Shown: positions 13,897-22,415 of the stretch, one piece after another
Position numbering within the stretch: position 1 is the first letter of the stretch
Layout: each line of letters starts with the position of its first letter
Virus record (IMG/VR): IMGVR_UViG_3300045988_168338
Reading direction: 5' to 3' (one strand)
Source: a virus
Length of the DNA: 41,186 nt
The notes under the pieces: generated by a model
Databases searched by the model: none
The model's input: only the letters and a program-made list of their open reading frames with translations
What the model was told of the DNA's origin: nothing
Translations under genes and position numbers: made by a program

Positions 13897-15296
13897 ACGC
13901 ATACGAAAACGAAACCCAAGCGCTCGCCGCCCTGACCGGCCAAGCGCTGCCGGCATGGAACGCGGAACTGCCCCGGCTGGACCGCATCGACCGCTGGTGG
14001 CGGTGGAACCCCAAGCCCATCCGGCTCAAGAAGGCCACGGCCGAACACCGCATGCTGCGCGACATGGGCCACACGCCATGGCTGCGCCTCGTGGTCACCA
14101 CGCTCGCCCAGACCCTCTACCTGGAGGGCGTGGACGTGCCCGGCGACGACGACAACCACACCCGCGCGCGCGAATTCTGGCAACCATGGGACCGCTCGCG
14201 CATGACCGCCCGGCAGATACCCCTGCACCAGGCCGCCATCGCCTACGGCACCGCCTACGAGACCGTGCGCGCCGCCGACGGGCCCGACGGGATCCGCGCG
14301 CGCATCGAATGCTGGAGCCCGCGCGAGGCCATCGCCCTGTACGACGACCCCGCCCGCGACACATACCCCCAGCTGTTCATGCGACGCCGACGCCTCAACG
14401 AAACACGCGAAAGCCTCGAACTGTGGGACGCATACAACATCTGGACATGGATCCACGCCGACGGCGCGTGGACATTCTCCGACGCCACCCCGCACAACGC
14501 GACCGACCCGAACGGACAACCCGTCTGCCCAGCTATCCGCTTCACCAACCAGATCGACCTCGAAGGACGCACCCCCGGCGAGGTCGAACCCTACATCGCG
14601 CTCGCCAACCGCTTGAACAAGGACAACTACGACCGCATGCTCGCCCAGCACTACAACAGCTGGCGCGTGCGCACCGCCACCGGACTGGACATGACCGAAC
14701 TGTCCGACGCGCAACGCGAGGACAGGAAGGCCAAACTCGCGCAGGAGGACATCCTCGCCGGCGGGCCGGACGTGAAGTTCGGCACCCTGCCGGAGACCTC
14801 GTTGGACAACCTCGTCAACGCGCGCCAGGCCGACGTGGAGGAACTCGCCGCCGTCAGCCAGACCCCCACCACCGCGTTCGGCAAGATGGTCAACGTCGGC
14901 GACGCGGGCATCGAGGAATCCCGCGCCGGCTTCTACGCGAAACGCAACGAGCGCCGCAAGTCGTTCGGCGTCGGCCACCTCGACGCGCTGCGCCTCGCCG
15001 CCGGCATCGAAGGCCGCACCGAAGACGCGGCCAACTTCGACCTGACCCCCTTGTGGGAGGACACCGACACGCGCACCGTCAGCCAGGCCGTCGACGCGCT
15101 CGGCAAGGCCAGCAAGATGCTCGGCGTGCCGCAGGAGGAGCTCTGGGACATGATCCCAGGCGTCACCAAGACACGAGCCGACTCATGGCGCGCATGGAAG
15201 GAGAACCATCCCGACGCGGACGCCCTGGCCGTTCAGGCGTACGCCAGCCAGCTCGCGCCGGCCACGACCGGAGGCGACGATGGCCTCGACCGGTAA
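13890..15296 (+). CDS. Portal protein (SPP1 gp6-like)
   Basis: 468 aa, overlapping the TerL stop. Size, position and acidic C-terminus fit a portal. Confidence 0.9.
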   Translation: MVNAYENETQALAALTGQALPAWNAELPRLDRIDRWWRWNPKPIRLKKATAEHRMLRDMGHTPWLRLVVTTLAQTLYLEGVDVPGDDDNHTRAREFWQPWDRSRMTARQIPLHQAAIAYGTAYETVRAADGPDGIRARIECWSPREAIALYDDPARDTYPQLFMRRRRLNETRESLELWDAYNIWTWIHADGAWTFSDATPHNATDPNGQPVCPAIRFTNQIDLEGRTPGEVEPYIALANRLNKDNYDRMLAQHYNSWRVRTATGLDMTELSDAQREDRKAKLAQEDILAGGPDVKFGTLPETSLDNLVNARQADVEELAAVSQTPTTAFGKMVNVGDAGIEESRAGFYAKRNERRKSFGVGHLDALRLAAGIEGRTEDAANFDLTPLWEDTDTRTVSQAVDALGKASKMLGVPQEELWDMIPGVTKTRADSWRAWKENHPDADALAVQAYASQLAPATTGGDDGLDR

Positions 15297-16494
15297 AGGC
15301 GCGCTCCTGACCGACCAACACCGCCGACGCCAAGTCAGCCTCGCCATCACCGCCGACAGCCAGGCGCGACGCGCCTGGGACGCCACCCTCGACCTCAACG
15401 ACCTCACCGGCACGCAGCCGATCTGGAAACGCACCATGCTCAACCTCATACAGACATGGTGGCGCATCAGCGAACAGGCCGCGCTCGCATACCTGCCGCA
15501 ATACCGCGAGGCGGAAACCGGCGAAGGCCCGGGCATCGAGATCGGCGTGCAGCAGTTCGACCGCCGGCGTGCCGGCGAAAAACTCGACTGGCTCGGATCC
15601 ACGAACGTGAAATGGCACCTCGCCTCCGGAGACACCCCCGAGGACGCCTACCGCAAGGCACGCGAACTGTTCCTCGGCGTCTTCCACGAGGCCGTGCTCA
15701 CCGGAGGCCGCTCCGCCATCGAACACTGGGCGCAACAGGACACGCGCGCCATCGGATGGCGGCGCGTGTCCGACGGCGACCCCTGCGCGTTCTGCGCAAT
15801 GCTCGTCACGCGCGGCCCCGTCTACACCAACGCGAAGAAAGCCGGCCTGCGCGCCAGCGACGGCAAGAAATACCACCCCCACTGCGGGTGCACCGTCGAG
15901 GTCGTCTACGGCGACTGGGAACCCACCCAGCAGGAACAGCAGTGGATCGACGAATACTACAAGGCCGCCGAAAGCCTGCCCGAACGAACCCCGCGCACCG
16001 CACAGGACATCCTGCCGATCATGCGCCGCAACGGCGCGTTCAGGGACTCCCGATCGATACGCGGAACCAAAACGGCGCTCGCCGCCCGTCGGGCCGAACG
16101 GTACGACAGGAAGATCGCCTGGCTCCGAGACAAGACGCTGAACCACATCCTGCGAGGCGAAGGCGACGGCAGACGCGGCGGCCACCTGTACGGCACCGGA
16201 GTCGCCGGGAAAACCGAATTCCCGCGGCAATGGGACGAACGGCGAATCGCCACGGCCATCAACCGGACCATCGAAACACCCGACTGGCATATCGACGCTC
16301 CCGATTCTAGGGCGTTGCATCGATTCGGGAAAACCATAGATGGGGTCCAGATCGAAGTCAAGGCGTACCTGCAGGACGGCGAATACGTCATCGACCGCGC
16401 ATATCCGGTCGGAGGCGAAGGCGTGACCAGAAACACCGAAAACGGTAGAATCGATGTGAAGGCAAGCCGGTCGAAGAAGTGGAGGCAACCATGA
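15280..16494 (+). CDS. MuF/SPP1 gp7-type head morphogenesis protein fused to a C-terminal EndoU-like toxin domain
   Basis: MuF motif: IGWRRVSDGDPCAFCAMLVTRGPVY...KYHPHCGCTV. C-terminal segment: HILRGEGDGRRGGHLYGTGVAGKTEFPRQWDERRIATAINRTIETPD...VIDRAYP, resembling the bacterial EndoU nuclease. Confidence 0.8.
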   Translation: MASTGKGALLTDQHRRRQVSLAITADSQARRAWDATLDLNDLTGTQPIWKRTMLNLIQTWWRISEQAALAYLPQYREAETGEGPGIEIGVQQFDRRRAGEKLDWLGSTNVKWHLASGDTPEDAYRKARELFLGVFHEAVLTGGRSAIEHWAQQDTRAIGWRRVSDGDPCAFCAMLVTRGPVYTNAKKAGLRASDGKKYHPHCGCTVEVVYGDWEPTQQEQQWIDEYYKAAESLPERTPRTAQDILPIMRRNGAFRDSRSIRGTKTALAARRAERYDRKIAWLRDKTLNHILRGEGDGRRGGHLYGTGVAGKTEFPRQWDERRIATAINRTIETPDWHIDAPDSRALHRFGKTIDGVQIEVKAYLQDGEYVIDRAYPVGGEGVTRNTENGRIDVKASRSKKWRQP

Positions 16495-16751
16495 GCGCCG
16501 CATCGGAGCGCATGACGCGACTCTCCCTCGAATCACTGAAGGTCGTCGAAGGACTCAACCCGGACATCGAGGAAGACGCCATGGAGGAGATCGACTGCGG
16601 CGAATGGGACGGGGCAATCATGGATGCACTCGATTTGGCACACGACCGCAAGGACCTGTGGCCGAAGTTCCCCGAAGAGGTCAAAGCCATGACCAGAGAC
16701 CCCGAATGGCCAGACCTCCACCGCTTCGCATACATGTTCGACCGGACGTAA
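16491..16751 (+). CDS. Acidic 86-aa protein, candidate immunity protein for the MuF toxin
   Basis: ATGA overlap with the MuF stop. Very acidic (EEDAMEEIDCGEWDGAIMDALD). Followed by a terminator. Confidence 0.5.
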   Translation: MSAASERMTRLSLESLKVVEGLNPDIEEDAMEEIDCGEWDGAIMDALDLAHDRKDLWPKFPEEVKAMTRDPEWPDLHRFAYMFDRT

Positions 16752-16774
16752 CGCGACACCGGTCAACCAAACCC

Positions 16775-16803
16775 AAGCCATCCGCACCACGGGTGGCTTT
16801 TTT
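16775..16803 (+). terminator. Intrinsic terminator T1
   Basis: Stem AAGCCATCC / GGGTGGCTT followed by a T6 run. Confidence 0.65.
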
Positions 16804-16926
16804 CATGCCCAAACACCATTCGAGCAGATCGTGTCCGACTGCGAAAGCAAGCTCCAAAGGCCGAACAGTCGAATCAGGGAGATCATCCTGCACAAAGACG
16901 GGACTATAGAACGGCGTCTCAAAGGG

Positions 16927-17052
16927 TATAATAAGAGTTAGAAGGCCGGTGCCTTCCACCCTTTAAACCTTTTGGTCTGGTGGAAGGTTCCCGGCCTTTC
17001 GCCTTTCCGAATCATAATTCCCAAGCCACTGTGAAGTTCATGGTGGCTTTTT
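16927..17052 (+). ncRNA. Candidate short structured transcript (-10 box, 60-nt rod hairpin, terminator T2)
   Basis: TATAAT at 16927-32. GAAGGCCGGTGCCTTCCACC (16941-60) pairs with GGTGGAAGGTTCCCGGCCTTTC (16979-17000). T2 stem AAGCCACTGTG / CATGGTGGCTT plus T5 (17023-17052). Confidence 0.3.
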
Positions 17053-17087
17053 CTTATGCCCGCAGGCCGGGCGGAAAGGAAACCATC

Positions 17088-17642
17088 ATGGCAGACGACA
17101 CCGAAGACCAGGGCAAGGAGCCCGATACCGACGCTGCCGGCAACGAGCCGAACCAGCCTACAGGCGATTCGGGCCAAAAGCCGCCATGGGAGCGCGACGG
17201 TGAGGAGTTCAGCCCGGAGAAGGCGTGGAATCTCATCCGCAACCTCAGGGCCGACAACGCCAAGCTCAAGGAAAGCGACGACGCGAAGGCCGTGAAGCTG
17301 CGCGAGATCGAGGACGCGAACCTCAGCGAGAAGGAGAAGGCGGACCGCGACCTCAAGGAGGCGCGGGAGCAGCTCGACGCGATCCGCACGCAGAAGGCAT
17401 GGGCCGAGGCGATGGCAGAACACCAGTGCCTGACCAAGGAGGACTTCGACCTCATCGGCGCAGGCTCGCCGCAGGAGGTCAGGGAAAAGGCCGCGAAGCT
17501 CGCGGCGCGTCTCGACGCGCAGGCCGTGTCGAAGACGGACTCCAACCACATCAACCCGCTGCTGCGGGCCGACCCGACCGGGGGCACGGATCCGACTTCG
17601 AAGAAGACGGACGACTGGATGCGCTCGGCGCTGGCCAGATAG
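17088..17642 (+). CDS. Capsid scaffolding protein
   Basis: Acidic coiled-coil protein immediately upstream of the major capsid gene. SD GGAAAGGAAACC. Confidence 0.8.
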   Translation: MADDTEDQGKEPDTDAAGNEPNQPTGDSGQKPPWERDGEEFSPEKAWNLIRNLRADNAKLKESDDAKAVKLREIEDANLSEKEKADRDLKEAREQLDAIRTQKAWAEAMAEHQCLTKEDFDLIGAGSPQEVREKAAKLAARLDAQAVSKTDSNHINPLLRADPTGGTDPTSKKTDDWMRSALAR

Positions 17643-17671
17643 CGGCATCAACACATCAAAGGAGACATGAT

Positions 17672-18628
17672 ATGGCAGACAATTTCAGCTCGCAGATCCT
17701 GCGCGGCGACTTGGGCGGCGCGCTCATCCCCGACGAGATCAGCCAGGAGATCATCCAGACGCTTCCGCAGTCCAGCGTGCTGCTTACCCGCGCGCGCCGG
17801 GTGCCGATGAGCAGCAAGAAGAAGACGCAGCCGGTGCTCGCCTCGCTTCCCGAAGCGTACTGGGTGTCCGAAGGCGGACTCAAGCAGACGTCAAAGACCG
17901 GATGGGAGGACGTGCAGATCACGGCCGAGGAGCTCGCGGTGATCGTCCCGATCCCCGATTCGGTCGTGGACGACGCGAAGATCAACCTGTGGGATACGGT
18001 CAAGCCGCTCATCGCCGAGGCCATGGGCAAGAAGATCGACCAGGCGGGCATCTTCGGCGTGGACAAGCCGTCCACATGGGGCAACGACATCCTCGCCGGC
18101 GCCACCGCCGCCGGCACGAACGTCGCGTCCGGCACCGGAGTCGACCTCGCCGACGACATCGCCATGATCGGCCAGAAGCTCAGCGAGAAGGGCTTCGCGG
18201 TCAACGGCTTCGCCTCCCAGCCCGGCCTGAACTGGCAGCTTGCCCGCCTGCGCGACGCGAACGGCCAGCCGATCTACACGCCGTCCGTCGCGGCCGGCAA
18301 CCCCGCCAGCCTGTACGGCTACCCGCTCAACGAGGTCGCCAACGGCGCGTGGGACACCACCAAGGCCATGCTGCTCGCGGCCGACTGGACGAAGTTCGTG
18401 GTCGGCGTGCGTCAGGACATCACCTACAAGGTCTTCGACCAGGGCGTCATCTCCGACACCGCGGGCAACGTGGTGTACAACCTCATGCAGCAGGACGCGC
18501 AGGCCATGCGCGTGGTCATGCGCGTCGGCTTCGCCGTCGCCAACCCGCTCACCCGCATCGCGGCCAAGGGAAGCCAGTATCCGGCCGGCTTCCTCACCCC
18601 CGCCGCCTCCAGGAAGGCGGGCAAGTGA
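17672..18628 (+). CDS. Major capsid protein (HK97 fold family)
   Basis: 318 aa. ...AEELAVIVPIPDSVVDDAKINLWDTVKPLIAEAMGKKIDQAGIFG... is typical of HK97-like MCPs. Confidence 0.9.
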   Translation: MADNFSSQILRGDLGGALIPDEISQEIIQTLPQSSVLLTRARRVPMSSKKKTQPVLASLPEAYWVSEGGLKQTSKTGWEDVQITAEELAVIVPIPDSVVDDAKINLWDTVKPLIAEAMGKKIDQAGIFGVDKPSTWGNDILAGATAAGTNVASGTGVDLADDIAMIGQKLSEKGFAVNGFASQPGLNWQLARLRDANGQPIYTPSVAAGNPASLYGYPLNEVANGAWDTTKAMLLAADWTKFVVGVRQDITYKVFDQGVISDTAGNVVYNLMQQDAQAMRVVMRVGFAVANPLTRIAAKGSQYPAGFLTPAASRKAGK

Positions 18629-19062
18629 TGACCGCCAAACAGGTCAGGTTCGTCACCAACGACGAACCGTTTGACAACCAGAACGTCGCCGAACTGGCCG
18701 CGTTCGACGCGGCCGGCAAACCCGTGACCATCACCGGCGGATCCGCGCCGACCGTGGACACCCTCCACGGCGCGACCGACACCGGCCGGGCCGTGATGAA
18801 GGCCACGAACGCCGCCGCGGCACGCTCGGCTATCGGGGCCGGAACGCCGTACGCGCTGCCCGCCGCCGGCACCGCCATCGGCGGAGTCAAGAAGGCCACG
18901 GCCGTCGCCGACCTCGCATCCGCCGCGGACACCGCCGCCATCATCGCCACGGTCAACGCCGTGCTCGCCGCATTCCGCGCGTCCGGCGCGATGGCCGCGC
19001 CCACGTCCGCCGACCAGCCGTCCGAAGTCCAGTCCGCGGCGATCGTGACGCCCCAACAGTAG
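18628..19062 (+). CDS. Hypothetical head-associated protein
   Basis: Overlaps the MCP stop (TGATG). Ala-rich, with a GGVKKA motif shared with the tail fibre. Confidence 0.55.
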   Translation: MTAKQVRFVTNDEPFDNQNVAELAAFDAAGKPVTITGGSAPTVDTLHGATDTGRAVMKATNAAAARSAIGAGTPYALPAAGTAIGGVKKATAVADLASAADTAAIIATVNAVLAAFRASGAMAAPTSADQPSEVQSAAIVTPQQ

Positions 19063-19075
19063 AGGGGACGCTCCC

Positions 19076-19573
19076 ATGGCCGAAAAACCACCGTTCGCCG
19101 AACCGGACGCGCTCGCCGAATGGATCGGCGAGGGCATCGACGCGACCTCGGCGGACTGGAAACGCGCCCGCCGCGTGCTGCGCGCCGCCTCCAACCTCGT
19201 ACGCACCCAGACCGGCCGCGACTGGCTCAACGACGACGGGACGCTGGACAACCCGCTGCCCGAACAGCTGGTGGACGTGACCGTCGCGTGCGCCGCACGG
19301 TTCTACCTCAACCCGAACGCGGAGACGCAGTGGTCGAGGCAGATCGACGACGCGATGGACGGCGGCAGCCGCAAGGTCGACGAGCCGGGCATGAGCCTGA
19401 CCGCCAGCGAAAAAGCCACATTGGCCAAGCTCCTGGCCGACGCCAGTCCGCTCATCGCGGGCGTCGGCGTCATCTCCACCACGCGCGGGGAACATGCCAG
19501 CCAGGACATGTCCCCGTACTGGTCGGAGGACGACGGCCGGCCCGGATTCCTGCACGCGAGGCTGACCGGATGA
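19076..19573 (+). CDS. Head-tail connector (gp6-like adaptor)
   Basis: Position after the capsid gene, size, and the N-terminal ...AEWIGEGIDATSADWKRARRVLRAASNLVRTQTGRDW pattern. Confidence 0.65.
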   Translation: MAEKPPFAEPDALAEWIGEGIDATSADWKRARRVLRAASNLVRTQTGRDWLNDDGTLDNPLPEQLVDVTVACAARFYLNPNAETQWSRQIDDAMDGGSRKVDEPGMSLTASEKATLAKLLADASPLIAGVGVISTTRGEHASQDMSPYWSEDDGRPGFLHARLTG

Positions 19574-20004
19574 GCGCGGGATTCAGCCCGGCCAGCCTCA
19601 GACGGCTGCGCTCCTGGGCGACCGGTCTCATGACCGACGAATGCCGGATCGTCAGTCACGGCAGGCCCGTCACGGACCCCCACACCGGGAAGGCGACCAG
19701 TCCCGAAACGGTCCGGTACGAGGGCCGGTGCAAAGTGCAGACCAGCGGCGGCCTCGCCGCAGAGAACACGGAGGGCGGCATCGTCCAGGCCTTGGGCGCG
19801 GTCACCCCCGTGTGGTCGCTCTACCTGCATCTGCCCTACGGGACCACGGGCCTGTCTCCCGGCGACGTGGCCGAGATCACCGCGGCCACGGACCCGAACC
19901 TCAAGGGCAGGAAGTTCCGGCTGCTGAACATGCAGTCCGAGAAAACGCACGCCACCGCATGCCGGTGGAACGTCAAGGAAGTAGGCAACAGCAATGAGCA
20001 GTGA
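19570..20004 (+). CDS. Head closure / head-tail joining protein
   Basis: ATGA overlap. Synteny in an HK97/SPP1-like neck module. Confidence 0.6.
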   Translation: MSAGFSPASLRRLRSWATGLMTDECRIVSHGRPVTDPHTGKATSPETVRYEGRCKVQTSGGLAAENTEGGIVQALGAVTPVWSLYLHLPYGTTGLSPGDVAEITAATDPNLKGRKFRLLNMQSEKTHATACRWNVKEVGNSNEQ

Positions 20005-20422
20005 CGTCACGATCGACGCCGGCGAGCTGACCGCGTTCGGCCGCCGGGTCGCCGCCGCTCACGCGATGGCCGGGGTCAGTATCGCCAAGGCCGTGAAGAA
20101 GGGGGCTCAGGTCGTCAAGGAGAAAACCCAAAGCGACCTGAATTCCAGCAGCAACGGCGGATTGCACGTTGTTCGTGTGAGATACGAGTTGGGGACCACC
20201 GGCTCGCAGATATACGCGGACATAGGCCCCGAAGATTCCGGCAAAACCCGCGAACACGGGCACACGGGCCCCACCGTCGCCGCGATCGCCTTCTACGGCA
20301 CCGCGCGAGGCGGCGGAACGCACAAGCCCCCCGAGCATTACGCCGAAGAAGAGTTGCCCACGCTCGCCGAATACGTGGGCGACGCCGCCGACGACATGTT
20401 GATAGGAGCCATCGGATTATGA
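19994..20422 (+). CDS. HK97 gp10-like neck/tail component
   Basis: Synteny and size (142 aa). Confidence 0.6.
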   Translation: MSSDVTIDAGELTAFGRRVAAAHAMAGVSIAKAVKKGAQVVKEKTQSDLNSSSNGGLHVVRVRYELGTTGSQIYADIGPEDSGKTREHGHTGPTVAAIAFYGTARGGGTHKPPEHYAEEELPTLAEYVGDAADDMLIGAIGL

Positions 20423-20829
20423 GCGTCATGGACATGACCTCCGCCGTGCTCGGCATGATCCCCGGACTCGACCAACCCGTGTACCTCAACCAGGAGCCGG
20501 ACGAATCCGAGATGCCGCCGTGGGTCATCGCCACCTGCACCACGGACGGCCACCGGTCGACCGAGGCGGCACGGTACACGGCCCACGTGGGACGGCTGGA
20601 GATCCGGGTCGTGGACCTGACGGCCGACGCGGTCAACGTCATCTGCGATGACCGGATCATCCCCGCGATGAAATACCGGGTGCCCGCGAAAACCTCCGGG
20701 TTCACGGTCGGGCAGCTGATCCTCGACGCGGATTCCGGCGCGTACGCGGCCGGCCTGACCGCCGACGACACGTCGCGCCGCTATCAGGTGCGCGTCCTGC
20801 GGTTCCGCTTCACGTGGACCCGACCATAG
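20419..20829 (+). CDS. Tail terminator-like protein
   Basis: ATGA overlap. Sits immediately upstream of the major tail gene. Confidence 0.6.
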   Translation: MSVMDMTSAVLGMIPGLDQPVYLNQEPDESEMPPWVIATCTTDGHRSTEAARYTAHVGRLEIRVVDLTADAVNVICDDRIIPAMKYRVPAKTSGFTVGQLILDADSGAYAAGLTADDTSRRYQVRVLRFRFTWTRP

Positions 20830-20856
20830 TCAACCAATCATTTACCAGAAGTCTTC

Positions 20857-20882
20857 AAGGCCATCCCATACGAGGTGGCCTT
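20857..20882 (+). terminator. Hairpin (possible attenuator) before the major tail gene
   Basis: Stem AAGGCCA / TGGCCTT, followed by T-rich sequence. Confidence 0.35.
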
Positions 20883-20902
20883 TCCCATCGAAGGAGAACA
20901 TC

Positions 20903-21445
20903 ATGACCCTGAAACTGGGCACCGAGATCCCCGGCACGAGCGCCGAGGGCAACATCACCACACTGTGGGTGCCGACCATCGCCGACATCAAGCGCCCGAC
21001 CATGGCCGAGCTGGAAGCAGGCACCGACATCTCGAACTACGTGATGCTCGGCGGCTGGACCTTCGAGCCCTCCCAGGACACCGTGAGCGACCAGCGCGAG
21101 AACAGCACGCAGGACTTCGGAGCACCCGGGCGCAAGAGCGCCGGCGACATCTCGATCGAGGTGATCGATAATACGAACACGGAGCACGCGGAACAGAACA
21201 AGGCCGTCACGCTCATGGCCGAAGGCAGCTCCGGATTCATCGTGCGCCGTCGCGGCATGGCCACGGACGCGGCCCTCGCCGCAGGGCAGAAGCTCACCGT
21301 CGTGAGCGTCAAGTGCGGCGAGAAGAAGGTCCTCAACCCGGACGCGAACACCATGATCCGAAGCACCATCCCCCTGTTCGCGCAAGCGCCAGGCTGGGAG
21401 TCCGAAACCGCCGAGATCGTGGCGGCCGCGGCCTCACACGCCTGA
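20903..21445 (+). CDS. Major tail protein
   Basis: 180 aa, SD GAAGGAGAAC, positioned before the chaperone pair and tape measure. Confidence 0.8.
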   Translation: MTLKLGTEIPGTSAEGNITTLWVPTIADIKRPTMAELEAGTDISNYVMLGGWTFEPSQDTVSDQRENSTQDFGAPGRKSAGDISIEVIDNTNTEHAEQNKAVTLMAEGSSGFIVRRRGMATDAALAAGQKLTVVSVKCGEKKVLNPDANTMIRSTIPLFAQAPGWESETAEIVAAAASHA

Positions 21446-21456
21446 CCATCATTCTT

Positions 21457-21491
21457 CCGTGCGGGCTTTCCGCATTCCTTTCCCCGCACGG
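21457..21491 (+). terminator. Hairpin (partial terminator) after the major tail gene
   Basis: 9-bp stem CCGTGCGGG / CCCGCACGG. Confidence 0.4.
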
Positions 21492-21539
21492 AACCCCCTC
21501 ATCACCAAAGGGACGCGAAACCGAGACAAGGAACGCACC

Positions 21540-22046
21540 ATGGCATTGGAAGTCAAGCGCAAGCGCGTCGAGGTCGACCTGATCCTCGACCAGGAGAAGG
21601 CAGAACGGATCTCGCAGCTGGGCGAGCAGCTCGCCCGGGCGGCGGCATCGCACGTCACCGAGGGCGCGAACGCCGCGGCCAAACGCATCGCCAAACAGAT
21701 CGACGAGCTGCGCGAGGAGGTCTCCGGGCAGATCGTGCACCTCACGTTGGAGGCCCTGCCATTGTCGCAGTGGAGGCAGGTGCTCGAGGCGAACACGACC
21801 ACCACGAAGGACGGGCGCGCCGCGCAGCGCCTCGAGGACATCACCGCCGACGCGCTCAGGCTGATGATCCGCAAGAGCGTGCCGGAAACGCCCGTCGAGG
21901 ATATAGCCGCCATCATCCCCGAACTGTCCGACGGGCAGCTGTCGCCCGTCTGGTACGCCATCCAGAACCTCAACGCGAGGATGATCGACCCAAAAGACTA
22001 CCTCGGCCAAGCCTCCAGGATAATCCGGGGCTCGTCCGGGAACTGA
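21540..22046 (+). CDS. Tail assembly chaperone (G-like)
   Basis: Position between the major tail and tape measure genes. Acidic 168-aa product. Confidence 0.8.
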   Translation: MALEVKRKRVEVDLILDQEKAERISQLGEQLARAAASHVTEGANAAAKRIAKQIDELREEVSGQIVHLTLEALPLSQWRQVLEANTTTTKDGRAAQRLEDITADALRLMIRKSVPETPVEDIAAIIPELSDGQLSPVWYAIQNLNARMIDPKDYLGQASRIIRGSSGN

Positions 22047-22405
22047 GGATCTGCGCCAAGCTCGGCATCAGCTACAAGCGCTGGCTCGGGTGGGAGCCCT
22101 CCTATCGCGTGGAGCGAGATGGCCACCGGCGCATCACCGGGTACACGCCGGAAAGCGAATGGGACCAGACCGAACGCGACTGGATGCTCGCCCTCGACGA
22201 CTACGAGCACAGCCTGTGCCCGCGCTGCGGCATGCCCGTGAGCGTATGCCACGACGAGCTGACGCCCACCCGGTACACGGCCGAGGCGGGCGTGTGCCAG
22301 ATCAGCCTCATGCGAGACATCGCCGCCGAGGACTGGCGCAAACAGCACGACGGCGAGGCGGGCATCAAGACCATGTCACTGACCACCGCCATCAAGGCAA
22401 GATAA
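21540..22405 (+). CDS. Tail assembly chaperone, -1 frameshift product (GT-like)
   Basis: Slippery heptamer C_CCA_AAA at 21989-21995. The -1 frame stays open to 22405 and has no start codon of its own. Confidence 0.7.
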
Positions 22406-22415
22406 GGAGACCACC

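Noticed and set aside
11890-13956. 688-aa minus-strand ORF antisense to the large terminase (with many similar minus ORFs under structural genes, e.g. 13671..14978, 15163..16536, 22695..23621)
   Set aside because: They are mirror frames of strongly coding + strand genes, with Ala/Gly/Arg/Val-rich translations. They have no ribosome-binding sites and no independent coding bias.
12570-15296. 908-aa ORF (with similar 956-aa ORF 26348..29218 and 706-aa ORF 11776..13896) rich in Arg/Pro/His
   Set aside because: These are alternative-frame open stretches typical of ~65 percent GC DNA. They have low-complexity R/P/H/G composition and lack the third-position GC bias seen in the overlapping terminase, portal and tail frames. 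Only their in-frame 3' portions (12094.., 13890..) are real genes.
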